The translations under genes and the position numbers were made by a program. Below are positions 8,872 through 18,833 of a DNA stretch of 64,000 bases, piece after piece (the first letter of the stretch is position 1; the number at the start of each line of letters is the position of its first letter). Source of the DNA: Candidatus Pacebacteria bacterium CG10_big_fil_rev_8_21_14_0_10_44_54 (GTDB taxonomy: Bacteria > Patescibacteriota > Microgenomatia > UBA1400 > PJMF01); the NCBI GenBank assembly GCA_002772695.1, contig PFDI01000001.1:33253-97252 (forward strand), written 5' to 3'. The notes beneath the pieces were generated by a model. It was not told where the DNA came from. It saw nothing but the letters and a program-made list of their open reading frames with translations, and ran no database searches.

Positions 8872-8962
8872 TGTAAACCTTACTTTTTTTACTATAAAGC
8901 AAGAATACAAACACTCTAAAGCTAGTTTTATTGATCATTTCTGCCTGCTATACTACTAAGTG

Positions 8963-9409
8963 ATGCGCACACAGGCACTTTTTTTCAAAATGTACAAAAA
9001 TTTTACCACAGCTTTCGCCCTGTTCTTGATCAGTGTGCAGCCAGTCTTTGCCCAAACAGCTGCTTGGGGCGGCAAATGTGTGGATGGTGAACAAGATGAC
9101 GTCGCCACCATCCAAGGTCTTGAGTGTTTGTTTGCCAATGTATTTTTAGTCATTATTCCTCTCATTGGCCTGGCTGCGTTTGTCATGTTTCTGGTCGGAG
9201 CATTTCGCTGGCTCACCTCGGGCGGAGACACCAAACACACTGGTCAAGCCAAACAAACAATGACGTTTGCGGTGATCGGCATCGTAGTAGCACTCAGCGC
9301 TTTTATAATTTTAAACCTCATTGCCAATTTTACCGGTGTCGAGAAAATCAAAGAATTTAGGATTCCTCGCTCAAATGAGCCGCCCGAACAAACGCAATTT
9401 GTCGATTGA
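8963..9409 (+). CDS. VirB2/TrbC-like pilin 9
   Basis: Signal peptide, Cys pair, WLTSGGDTKHTGQAKQTMTFAVIG. Confidence 0.75.
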   Translation: MRTQALFFKMYKNFTTAFALFLISVQPVFAQTAAWGGKCVDGEQDDVATIQGLECLFANVFLVIIPLIGLAAFVMFLVGAFRWLTSGGDTKHTGQAKQTMTFAVIGIVVALSAFIILNLIANFTGVEKIKEFRIPRSNEPPEQTQFVD

Positions 9410-9481
9410 GCTGGCATGTAGCTTGTAAATCATAGTAATCACCGAGAAGAGAATGTCTCTATATTCGGTTATACTAGTTGG

Positions 9482-12400
9482 GTGAGAATTTTTGCGAAAT
9501 TTATTGTGCCCCTTTGTCTGACGCTTGTTTTGGGCGCAGCACCTGCTTCTGTACAAGCTGTAGCTTGTGGGATAAATATTGACCCTACAAATCCTGCTGG
9601 ATATCCCAGCCCAAATGCTCTACCTGCTGGCAGTTGGGTACGACTTGAATACAAAGATTGTAGCACTCAAGAACCCGCAACTAACTCTGTTGAAATGTAC
9701 AAAGACGTGCTACAGACATATCGAAATGCCGGAATAAAAACCCTCGTCATTCTTGATTATCTCACCTATCCGGGAGCGGACAAAAATACACAAGCACTAG
9801 CAACACGAACAACATATATTAACGAAGAACTCGGTAGTCTAGTCGATGCCTACGAAATTTGGAATAAACCCGATATAGAACAGGGTGGCAATCTTGCGCC
9901 CAAAAATTTTGCAAAAATACTCGACGCAATCGTGCCAACCCTGAGTGGAAAAACGGTTGTTCTCGGTGGACTTGCATCGGGACAAACCAGCTACCTCGAT
10001 GAAACGCTGCGCGCTGTATCTGAGAACACACTGGGTGGAATTTCCGCCATAGGAATTCATCCTTATGCAAAGTCTGTCGATGGTTTTCCTGGACCAATGA
10101 CGGGAGATATGGGGTTTTTGCTGTCTCAATACAAGGCTTTATCTCAGGGAAAACCACTCTGGATAACCGAGATCGGTATCAACACCAAAAATGCTGAGCA
10201 AATAACCGGTTATCTAGATCGAGTGTTTGCTGCTGGTTATGGAGACCCTACTTTCTGGTTTGCGTGGAGTGATGGTATGGTACAGAATTTTGGCATTGTT
10301 GATGCAGATCAAAATCCAAAAGCTAACTTTTCAAACTACTTTCGGGCATGTGGCGCAGTCGCTCCCTCAGGAAAACAACAAACACTGCCAGCTATTACCC
10401 CAGTTGGAGGGCAAGGCTGTGGGGTAGCAATTTCAAAAAATAACTACAAAGATACCAAGTCAGATGATCCAAACCTATTTCACTTATCACCTTTTGATGG
10501 CTTGTATCCCGATCCAGGCACGCGCGACTATGATCAGTTGCGTCTCGATCTTGTTCAACAGGGCTACCAAGCATACTGTGCCATCCCAGATCAAGAAATT
10601 GTTGGTACCCTGAGTCCGGCAGAGATCGTCAAGTACTTTGTATCAAATGGGGGAGAAAAGGAACTTGAAATAAATCCCATTCTTACACTTGATTACTCGA
10701 AGGCACAAACACCTCTATTTCGCGACAGCGAAAGAAAATACCAAATAAAAAGTGACATAGAAGAATACTGGGTATATCAAGAATCAGAGGGAGATAGTTT
10801 CTCTCAGATCGAATTGCAGTCTGCTCCTATCGAATCAATTCTTTCAGAAGATCAGCGCTGTAGCCAAGGGGTAAAAAACTTGTACTCTCAAGATGATATG
10901 TGCTCAAAACTAACTGAGCCTAAAAGGTGTTCTCTCTATGCATCGCTTATCCCCAATACATCCCACACTGTTGAGAGTATTCTTGAAGAATATAAGTCTC
11001 ATGGGGGATCAAAAGAGAATGGACTTGAAGTATGCAAAAAACTGAGACTCGCAAATGAAAACACTCAGCGAAAACTTTTTTCTGACCTTACTCAAGTTCC
11101 TCTGAGCATTGATACGGGGTTTCGATTTGCTTTTTTGGTGCTCGCATTTCAAGAGCTGAAACCTGCCCCACTAGAGTTATTTCGCTTTTTTGGGCACGGT
11201 GCTCCACCCAGAGACGAAGTGCTGGTGATAGCGTTCAAAATTCCTGATATTATCACCAATAAACCTGAAGGAACTTCCTTCTCGGACTCAAACTCCTTTG
11301 CATATCCGGCCTTCTCTGATGGTGCGCTGCTCGCTAGAGATTCGCTGCTGAGCACCAAACAGCAAGCTGTGGCTCAAGAACAAAAAAAAGAACTCAAACA
11401 AGAGTTAACGACAACTATCGGGAGCGTTGCTGGTCAAAACAATGGTAGTCTCATTTACTGTCTTGATGGAACGCCGCCAAATGGCACTGGCAGTATCGCT
11501 TGCAATGATCAGCTGGTCAAAGCGCTTACAGATATCATCAACGCCCAACACGTCATCGACGATTCACAGCTTGTGTGTGTGGGTAAAGACGAAATTGATG
11601 CTTCATTTGTAATTGATGAACCAGCTGCTGCTCGTATACAGTCTCCTCCCGCTCTGTTTTCTGACCGTCTGGGGGCGCAAATCATTTCGCAGCTATTTTT
11701 AAGCCAAGCGAACACAGCTACCGACGCTCTTGCCAAAGAATTTTTTAGTTCTTTTTTGATAAATATTTCGACTACTGAGGGAGGAAACAAGCTGTCTGGC
11801 AACACAAAACTAAGAAGCTACATAGTCTACCCCGTTGGCTATGAACTTAAAGAAGTAGAAAATGTGCTTGCCAACAGTTTTTTGACCAAACAGCAAATCA
11901 CAGCATTGCAAAAAGATACAAACAACAACGAGCGTTTTGAAATGTACGGCGGCACTACAAAACTTACAGAAACTGAAGCTGGCTTTAGTGTTTTTTATCC
12001 CATAAACTGCATTCCCTCGATTGACTCTTGTTATAGAACTATCACGGGTGCTATCGACATGGGCGTTCTCAAGCCAATCCAGTTTCTTGGCGCCAAACTT
12101 GGCTACTATCTGCGCGCGGTACAGCGCACGCTTGCCAAAGAAGCTAGTTCTGTCCAAGCCTATCTCGCAAACTGCAAAACAACAGAGCAATTCCTGCTTG
12201 ATCGCTGTGCTAGCGTCCAACAAAAACCACCAAAGCAAGCACTGACATACTGCAGCATGAATGAGCTACCGATCACAAACGAGACTACCGAATCTTTCAA
12301 AATCTGTAAGGCAACCGAAAATTGGAGAGAATGCGAGCTTGTTGACGCAGGTAGCCCTACCTATTTTGTTGATGGTGGTTCAGACAACACACTCGAGTAT

Positions 12401-13789
12401 GTGGTACGCATCCTCGATGGCGCAACACTTGTTACCACCGGCAGTGTTGTGACAATGAATCCCGGCCAGGGCTATGATAAGGTTGAAGGCTCATACAAAC
12501 GCTGTGGAGTCGGCGATAGCGAAAGTGCCCCAGGCGAAGTGTGGTATTTGCCCCCAGGTACTCCCGCCGACGAGAGTATTGAGTCTTTTCGAACTTGGGC
12601 GAAGTATGGATCAAAGCTCATGCCGATTATCGGAAGCAACGCTTGGACAAATCTAACCGTCAGCTTGCGGGTGAAACCAGGCTACTACCACATTCCAAGC
12701 TGGACGTTTGGTTGCCTTAGTCGAGGTAAATGGTGGATTAACTCAAAGGGAGAGAAATCTGATGATGGTTTTACTCTTGGCAAGGGTATTATTCCTGTTG
12801 GAATCACTGCTTCCGGTAAACAATCCTACTGTGCGAAAGTCACGCTAAACTCAAATATGCCAGGAGGACCAAGTGACTCCGATGAAATCTTGCTGGACTC
12901 AAGCTACTCCTGCAGTATAGCTGATCCTGGTTATAACCTCACACTCAATAATAATTGTGGTGGACTCAATAGTAGTGGAGATGGACAGCTCTGGAGAGAC
13001 TTGTTTTCGGCGGATGACGAAAGGGGGACAAATAAACTCCCCGGGCTAGCCCTATATGAGAAAATTTTTGGAATAGCGTTCACTGTACCAAGCGATAATA
13101 TCGGCTGTGATCAGTTATTCCCCAACACTATCCGTGAAGTTGCTTGCGATGAGGTGAGTAATTCTGACGTGGGTAGTATTGCCAATTTTGGCAGTGATGT
13201 GTCGTTTGATATCGAGTACTGGAATCACAGTATGGTAACGTTCAAGCCGCCGTCTCAGGAAATTTGGAGTGCCATTCAAACTGCCTCTGCCAAGCATCGC
13301 TGCGATCCGTATCTAGTCTTGGCAGTGGCTCACTCTGAAAGTTCTCAGTATCGCAATGATACGGTCAGTTCAGCGGGAGCAAAAGGTGTCTGGCAATTTA
13401 CTGATGACACCTGGGACACGTGGAAAACTCCACACGCTGCAAGTGCAAATGAATGTCAGGCACACCAGCCACCAACCTTTTCTACCGAGGGTTTGGATTT
13501 TAGCTCTCCAACAAACATCCAGGCGGCCGCCGACTCAGCTTGTCGCAAAATTATGTGGATTGGTATGCAGCGGTATCCAGGTAATCTCAATAGCTTTGCA
13601 CGCGTCTTTGCGGTCAATGGTGATAACCCATATAGTCAGATTTGGAATGCGCACATCGAGCAAGGAAAGTACGTCTGGAGATTGTGGAAAAAACTGAGAG
13701 AGATCATTCCAGATGCCAAAACTCCTAGATCGCATCCTGCCAACTATCCTCAGGCAGGATGGGAAAGCTGTCCACAACGAAGAAATTAG
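9482..13789 (+). CDS. Giant secreted protein: N-terminal clan GH-A-like TIM barrel plus C-terminal SLT lytic transglycosylase
   Basis: Signal peptide; YEIWNKPD, IGIHPY and LWITEIG; C-terminal AVAHSESS, SSAGAKGVWQF and NIQAAA. Confidence 0.75.
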   Translation: MRIFAKFIVPLCLTLVLGAAPASVQAVACGINIDPTNPAGYPSPNALPAGSWVRLEYKDCSTQEPATNSVEMYKDVLQTYRNAGIKTLVILDYLTYPGADKNTQALATRTTYINEELGSLVDAYEIWNKPDIEQGGNLAPKNFAKILDAIVPTLSGKTVVLGGLASGQTSYLDETLRAVSENTLGGISAIGIHPYAKSVDGFPGPMTGDMGFLLSQYKALSQGKPLWITEIGINTKNAEQITGYLDRVFAAGYGDPTFWFAWSDGMVQNFGIVDADQNPKANFSNYFRACGAVAPSGKQQTLPAITPVGGQGCGVAISKNNYKDTKSDDPNLFHLSPFDGLYPDPGTRDYDQLRLDLVQQGYQAYCAIPDQEIVGTLSPAEIVKYFVSNGGEKELEINPILTLDYSKAQTPLFRDSERKYQIKSDIEEYWVYQESEGDSFSQIELQSAPIESILSEDQRCSQGVKNLYSQDDMCSKLTEPKRCSLYASLIPNTSHTVESILEEYKSHGGSKENGLEVCKKLRLANENTQRKLFSDLTQVPLSIDTGFRFAFLVLAFQELKPAPLELFRFFGHGAPPRDEVLVIAFKIPDIITNKPEGTSFSDSNSFAYPAFSDGALLARDSLLSTKQQAVAQEQKKELKQELTTTIGSVAGQNNGSLIYCLDGTPPNGTGSIACNDQLVKALTDIINAQHVIDDSQLVCVGKDEIDASFVIDEPAAARIQSPPALFSDRLGAQIISQLFLSQANTATDALAKEFFSSFLINISTTEGGNKLSGNTKLRSYIVYPVGYELKEVENVLANSFLTKQQITALQKDTNNNERFEMYGGTTKLTETEAGFSVFYPINCIPSIDSCYRTITGAIDMGVLKPIQFLGAKLGYYLRAVQRTLAKEASSVQAYLANCKTTEQFLLDRCASVQQKPPKQALTYCSMNELPITNETTESFKICKATENWRECELVDAGSPTYFVDGGSDNTLEYVVRILDGATLVTTGSVVTMNPGQGYDKVEGSYKRCGVGDSESAPGEVWYLPPGTPADESIESFRTWAKYGSKLMPIIGSNAWTNLTVSLRVKPGYYHIPSWTFGCLSRGKWWINSKGEKSDDGFTLGKGIIPVGITASGKQSYCAKVTLNSNMPGGPSDSDEILLDSSYSCSIADPGYNLTLNNNCGGLNSSGDGQLWRDLFSADDERGTNKLPGLALYEKIFGIAFTVPSDNIGCDQLFPNTIREVACDEVSNSDVGSIANFGSDVSFDIEYWNHSMVTFKPPSQEIWSAIQTASAKHRCDPYLVLAVAHSESSQYRNDTVSSAGAKGVWQFTDDTWDTWKTPHAASANECQAHQPPTFSTEGLDFSSPTNIQAAADSACRKIMWIGMQRYPGNLNSFARVFAVNGDNPYSQIWNAHIEQGKYVWRLWKKLREIIPDAKTPRSHPANYPQAGWESCPQRRN

Positions 13790-13807
13790 CTGAGCAACTT
13801 GATAAGC

Positions 13808-14671
13808 CTAGCCGCGTGCAATCGACATGCTCTTGGCTAATGATGCAGTCGAGTTGGTAAGGAGTTTCTTCTTGGTTGACGTTTCTTTTGTGGCCTCAGG
13901 CTGCGACTCTAGTTGTGACACAGTAGATTTTTGTTCAAAACCAACCCTGCGCGCGCCCTGACGCAATAATTGCCCCACTGTTTCAAACGTTTCGGCGCTA
14001 ACACTACGCGACGCCAAACCTCGTGTTGCCATCTCAATCCCATAAAGTAGTTGGGTGGCAGAATCTGCTGACAGTGAAAACCCAAGATCTGCAATAAGCC
14101 GGGCCACTTCCTGACTGACGCTCGCGGCGCTCCCGGTGTTTATACTCAGCGTAGCAAACGCTGGTTCATGCGTGGTGATCGAGATGATTGGCACCTTGGC
14201 ATAGACATCTTCGTAGCTCATGTAGAGTTGCTCGAGTTCAACTAGCTCTTTGACACCTACGGTAAAAATCAGGTCTGCCTCTGCCCCCGTATAGGAAAAC
14301 TCGACTGATTCGGGATCAAGTGGTCTCTCACCTTTTTGTGGTTTGATAGTGAGATAAAAACGACCTGTTTCTTCGCCAATATGATAATTGACATTGTCCA
14401 CCTGCTCCGGCTGATACGCAAAACTCAGCACCAAGTTTTGGTTACCAAGCTCGGTCAAAATAGTTGTATCAACAGACTCAGGATAGCGTGATTTTTCTGG
14501 TTGGCGCGGACTCAATAATCGCACTTCCTTTCCGGCGGCAGCCAGACTTGCTGCCAAAGCCTCGGCAGCGGCTCGCTTGTCTGGTGTGGCAGTGCTCGGG
14601 AAAATAACAAAAATGGAGTTGGCTTGTGCGACCAAATCGGTTAACTGAGTCAGCGTTGCAGCATCAATCAT
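13808..14671 (-). CDS. DHH-phosphoesterase-like protein (degenerate motifs)
   Basis: Overall DHH-family layout (ADLIFTVG, AASVSQ, ATQLLYGI); ITTH sits where DHH is expected. Confidence 0.6.
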   Translation of the reverse strand: MIDAATLTQLTDLVAQANSIFVIFPSTATPDKRAAAEALAASLAAAGKEVRLLSPRQPEKSRYPESVDTTILTELGNQNLVLSFAYQPEQVDNVNYHIGEETGRFYLTIKPQKGERPLDPESVEFSYTGAEADLIFTVGVKELVELEQLYMSYEDVYAKVPIISITTHEPAFATLSINTGSAASVSQEVARLIADLGFSLSADSATQLLYGIEMATRGLASRSVSAETFETVGQLLRQGARRVGFEQKSTVSQLESQPEATKETSTKKKLLTNSTASLAKSMSIARG

Positions 14672-14698
14672 AACTATATCAGTGGTATACCATGTATT

Positions 14699-15211
14699 TC
14701 AGAGTGTATCAATGGGGAGGTGTCTACTAGCTGCTCGAACATACTTGAGAGAGAGCATGAGAACAGTTTTACTAATTAGCGATGGTAGAAAACCAAAATG
14801 TAGATAAAAAGCAGCAGCTTCCTTGTGTAGAGCATGAACTAAGATCGCTCGGACACCAATCTTTTCTGCAACCTGCAACGTTCGCAGAATAGCGTCCCGA
14901 AGTAATGCCCTACCAAGCCCTTTGCTTTGCCATACCTCTGCAACAGCCAGTCTGCCCAAAATTACCACTGGAATAGGATTGGGCATATTTCGCCTCACTC
15001 TACCTGGAGTCGCTTGAGCCATAACGGAGCCGCTAGCAAGTGAGTAGTAGGCAACTACCTTGTTCTCTGCCACAGCAACATAGGTGCGCGATGCTCCAGA
15101 AAGCTGGTTCTGCAGTGCTCTGCGCCGCAACCACTGATCCAACTCTAGATCGCCAGAGGAAAAATCGGATAAGTTGTATGATTTGATGAGTAGGGTTGGT
15201 CTCAATCCCAT
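14699..15211 (-). CDS. GNAT acetyltransferase toxin (TacT/AtaT-like)
   Basis: FSSGDLELDQWL, PIPVVILGRLAV, GLGRALL and AAAFYLHFGF; start at ATG 15211 overlapping the antitoxin stop. Confidence 0.88.
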   Translation of the reverse strand: MGLRPTLLIKSYNLSDFSSGDLELDQWLRRRALQNQLSGASRTYVAVAENKVVAYYSLASGSVMAQATPGRVRRNMPNPIPVVILGRLAVAEVWQSKGLGRALLRDAILRTLQVAEKIGVRAILVHALHKEAAAFYLHFGFLPSLISKTVLMLSLKYVRAASRHLPIDTL

Positions 15212-15486
15212 GGAGCTGGAGTAGCTAGCAATGTCTGAAGTGCTTTTGGATGACGGATAGGAGCATCGAGAATTGCGGCAAACTCCTCCCACTTTGTATC
15301 ATCTAACAAAAATAACTGCTGGTCGAGCAATGCGCTCTCGGCTTCTCGTGCAGCTACATCTAAAATAAATTCTGAGCGTGTTTTGCCCCGTACTCGAGCG
15401 GCCTGGTCAATCAAGTCTCGCTGGACTGGAGCTATACGAATATTGATGTGGATGCTTTTTGCAGTTGGTGTTTTCTGTGTTTGCAT
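15202..15486 (-). CDS. DUF1778 ribbon-helix-helix antitoxin (TacA/AtaR-like)
   Basis: INIRI...LIDQAARVRGKTRSEFIL...F..ILDAP...PW. Confidence 0.88.
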   Translation of the reverse strand: MQTQKTPTAKSIHINIRIAPVQRDLIDQAARVRGKTRSEFILDVAAREAESALLDQQLFLLDDTKWEEFAAILDAPIRHPKALQTLLATPAPWD

Positions 15487-15492
15487 GTTTAT

Positions 15493-15520
15493 ATCTTACA
15501 GAATAGTTGTGAGATGTCAA
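15493..15520 (-). promoter_or_regulatory. TA promoter with overlapping inverted-repeat operator
   Basis: TTGACA-16-TAAGAT-6 nt-ATG on the minus strand; IR atcttaca/tgtgagat (15493-15500, 15508-15515). Confidence 0.65.
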
Positions 15521-15598
15521 CACATTGTGTGTACAAATAAAGATGAATGTACTTTTTATCTTGATATTTTGTGCATCCTGATGTACAATTAGTCAAAT

Positions 15599-16759
15599 AT
15601 GAAATATACTAGACACTTAGAAGCAAATCTGCTTTCTCATTTTTCCAACTACAAACAAGCAATCGTACTGCTTGGAGCACGCCAAACAGGTAAGACAACG
15701 TTGCTCAGGCGGCTGTTTCCAGATGCGCTCTACATCCTACTCGACAACGAGCAAACAAAAAATGTTCTTGAAACATATGACATCTCAACCTATAAGCAAG
15801 CTATTGGTCGCACCAAACAACTCATTATTGACGAACTTCACCTATTACATGACCCTGGGAGGGCCGTTAAAATCATCTACGATCAGGTCCCTGGTTTGCA
15901 ACTTATTGTCACCGGCTCATCCGCACTCCACATAAAAAACAACTCGACAGAAAGTATGGCGGGTCGAAAAATCGAATACAACTTATTTCCACTCACTTTT
16001 TCTGAGTATCTTGTGCAAAAAAATATAGAGACCGTCCTTAATCACTCTGTACTGACCAATGTACTAGAACAAACAACTCCTCCCAAGCATCTGTTCTCCC
16101 CATCAGGACTGCTCGAGCAGGTTCTACTTTACGGTTTGTATCCTGATGTGCTCAACCTACCAGAACCTCGACAATATCTACTCAATTTGGCTGAAAGCGC
16201 TATTTTTAAAGATATAGTCGAGCTAAACCTCATCGACAATCGCAGTAAAGCAAAATCGCTCCTTGAGCTACTCGCGTATCAGATCGGCAATCTTTGCAAC
16301 TACTCAGAGATCGGCGCCAGATTATCTCTAGATAGACGAACAGTAGAGCGATACATAGACATTTTTGAACAAAGTTTTATTGTATTTCGCATCTTTCCTT
16401 ATGCAAACAACAAAAGAAACGAAATAGGAAAAACGCCAAAAATTTACTTTCATGATTTGGGCCTGCGTAATGCTCTGATCGATAACTATGACTCCATCAC
16501 AGTGCGGTCGGATGCAGGCGCGCTGTTTGAAAATTTTATAATTGCGGAACTCAAAAAAAACATTTCTTATCAACAAAGTGATTTCTCACTCAATTACTGG
16601 CGGACAAATAATGGTGCTGAGGTAGATATTGTTCTCAGTAATAACCACACAGTTATTGGCGCAGAAGTTAAAATGCAGAGTGGTTCAGTTTCTACAGCAT
16701 TTACCAATCGCTATCCTGATGCAAAGACGCACGTTATAACCAGACATACTTTTTATTAG
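15599..16759 (+). CDS. AAA_14 / DUF4143 ATP-binding protein
   Basis: Walker A GARQTGKTT, IIDE, TGSS, KIYFHDLG, LFENF, YWRT..GAEVD; TTGATA-17-TACAAT promoter. Confidence 0.85.
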   Translation: MKYTRHLEANLLSHFSNYKQAIVLLGARQTGKTTLLRRLFPDALYILLDNEQTKNVLETYDISTYKQAIGRTKQLIIDELHLLHDPGRAVKIIYDQVPGLQLIVTGSSALHIKNNSTESMAGRKIEYNLFPLTFSEYLVQKNIETVLNHSVLTNVLEQTTPPKHLFSPSGLLEQVLLYGLYPDVLNLPEPRQYLLNLAESAIFKDIVELNLIDNRSKAKSLLELLAYQIGNLCNYSEIGARLSLDRRTVERYIDIFEQSFIVFRIFPYANNKRNEIGKTPKIYFHDLGLRNALIDNYDSITVRSDAGALFENFIIAELKKNISYQQSDFSLNYWRTNNGAEVDIVLSNNHTVIGAEVKMQSGSVSTAFTNRYPDAKTHVITRHTFY

Positions 16760-16815
16760 CAACGTATACAAATCCCCCGTTCTCTCCCCCCTCCCAATCC
16801 TGCTATAATACCGGA

Positions 16816-18573
16816 ATGCTCAAGCGGATTCTCACCACCGCCGTTTTGTTTTCGATGGTTTTTTTACCGAATGTTATTTATGCACAACAAGGCGAGTCAG
16901 CATCGCTAGATTACGCCCAATTTAGCACCGAAGAATTTGCCGCCTACAAAGAAGCCACCGAAAATTGTGATAGCCCGTCCCTCGAGTGTTTGACCAAAAA
17001 CACCACCCGCTTCGTCGCTATGGAGTGGATCCATGATATTTTGGGCCAGCCGACAAAAGATCAAGCAACAAGTGAGGTGAGTGCTAACTCACCAACAGAA
17101 ATGCTTGTCAATTCAAACACCGGCCTCATGGGCGGCATGACCAAACTCATCGCCGGTATGTACTCCTACCCACCCGCTCGGACCAGCCGCTTTGTGGCAG
17201 ACGTCGCCCAATCTGCTGGCGTAACTCCAGCTTATGCCCAAGGGCTCGGCTTTGCCGCTCTTGATCCGGTGCTTGATCTTTGGAAGAAGTTTCGCAACCT
17301 TGCCTACTTCTTTTTTATAATCATGTTTCTTGTCATCGGCTTTATGATTATGTTTCGCTCCAAGGTGGGCGGCCAAGCGGCCATCACTGCCCAACAAGCG
17401 ATTCCCTCTATCCTCATTAGCCTGATTCTCGTCACTTTTTCGTATGCGATCTCGGGGTTTCTTATTGACCTCATGTACTTAAGCATGTACCTCATCGTAG
17501 GATTGTTTGGTGAGCTCACTACTGATAGCGGAGCCTCGTCAAGCCTCATTAGTATGAATATCTTTCAACTTGGTGGACAACTTCTCAAAGAATCGGCAGG
17601 AAATTTGGGACAAACGACTGACATTGTAAACCAGGTAATCGTAGGACTTATTGGTACCAGCAATGCAGTCACGGGCTTAGTATCAATCATCTCTGGTCTC
17701 ACTTTGTCACTTGTCTTGGCGGTCGCAATAGTGATCGCCCTGTTTCGACTCTTTTTTGAACTACTCAAATCGTACGCCAGTATCGTGGTTGGTGTCGTCA
17801 CCGCTCCTATCTACCTGATGATGGGAGCTATTCCTGGCAAAAATGCCTTTGCTGGCTGGATTAAAAGCATGATTGGCAATCTAGCTGCCTTCCCCACCGT
17901 ACTTCTGGTTGTCGTGCTTTTTTATGAGTTTACCCAAGCTGGCAGTGCCGGCTCGAGTGTGCGCTCTGGTGGCTTCTTGCCGCCGTTTCTAATTGGTGGT
18001 GGCCAGTCGAGTGTGGCGAGTGCACTGCTTGGCTTTGCCCTGCTCCTTGCGCTGCCAGAAGTGGTGAAGAAAATCAAAGAAGCACTGGGTGCCAAAGCTG
18101 GGTTGGGTGAACAGATTGCTGGGTGGGCGGGTGGTAGAATGAAGGATGCTTGGAGTGGTAAATATGGTGCAAAATCAATAATGAGAGAGGGTGCAAAACT
18201 GCCAGTTCGTGGTGTAGGTGCTTACTATGGAGCAAAATTGGGCTCAAACTTTGCCGAAAAAGCAGGGCTTACAGGATGGAAGAGAAATTTGGCGACTATA
18301 GCTGGATCAGGAGTTGGCTTTCAAGCGGCGCCGTCTGTCCCGGGTTTTGCTATTAACACTTTAAAATCTACTGGAAACCAAGTTCGGGATGCCTATATTA
18401 AAGAACAGCTCGAAGATGTTAAAACTGCAATTGATAAGACTATTCGCAGAAAAGATGCAGACGCATATCGGGATGCTGCAGTTAAATCTCAAGACAATAT
18501 CAAACACCCAGAGTCATCCCAAGCAAAACAGGGTGATGGTATATCTTCTAAGCAAAGATCTACGTTTAGTTAA
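16816..18573 (+). CDS. Polytopic membrane protein, VirB6/TrbL-like
   Basis: Signal peptide, about 6-8 TM helices, PIYLMMGAIPG...WIKSMIG segment, Gly/Ala-rich then charged C-tail; T4SS-like neighbourhood. Confidence 0.6.
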   Translation: MLKRILTTAVLFSMVFLPNVIYAQQGESASLDYAQFSTEEFAAYKEATENCDSPSLECLTKNTTRFVAMEWIHDILGQPTKDQATSEVSANSPTEMLVNSNTGLMGGMTKLIAGMYSYPPARTSRFVADVAQSAGVTPAYAQGLGFAALDPVLDLWKKFRNLAYFFFIIMFLVIGFMIMFRSKVGGQAAITAQQAIPSILISLILVTFSYAISGFLIDLMYLSMYLIVGLFGELTTDSGASSSLISMNIFQLGGQLLKESAGNLGQTTDIVNQVIVGLIGTSNAVTGLVSIISGLTLSLVLAVAIVIALFRLFFELLKSYASIVVGVVTAPIYLMMGAIPGKNAFAGWIKSMIGNLAAFPTVLLVVVLFYEFTQAGSAGSSVRSGGFLPPFLIGGGQSSVASALLGFALLLALPEVVKKIKEALGAKAGLGEQIAGWAGGRMKDAWSGKYGAKSIMREGAKLPVRGVGAYYGAKLGSNFAEKAGLTGWKRNLATIAGSGVGFQAAPSVPGFAINTLKSTGNQVRDAYIKEQLEDVKTAIDKTIRRKDADAYRDAAVKSQDNIKHPESSQAKQGDGISSKQRSTFS

Positions 18574-18833
18574 TAACCAACCGAGAACGGAACAAAATGA
18601 AACTTTCTTCTCTATTGAAAAAATTTTTTTTAGGAAATCTGAATAGAAAACCAGCTTTCAAAAATCTGAGACAGAATTTATCAAAAAAACCACAAGAACC
18701 AAAAAAAAGTAGGGATTATTTATCAATTGGCCTAGGCATTGGCAAAAAATACAGAGATTTGTTTCAAACAAATTGATACAAAACTACTTATAGTCGAAAA
18801 TTTGTGTGAGTGTGGCTAAATTTAATACAAAAT

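Noticed and set aside
18597-18776. Short basic ORF (about 59 aa) in the gap after the VirB6-like gene
   Set aside because: A-rich low-complexity sequence with no recognisable promoter, SD or motif.
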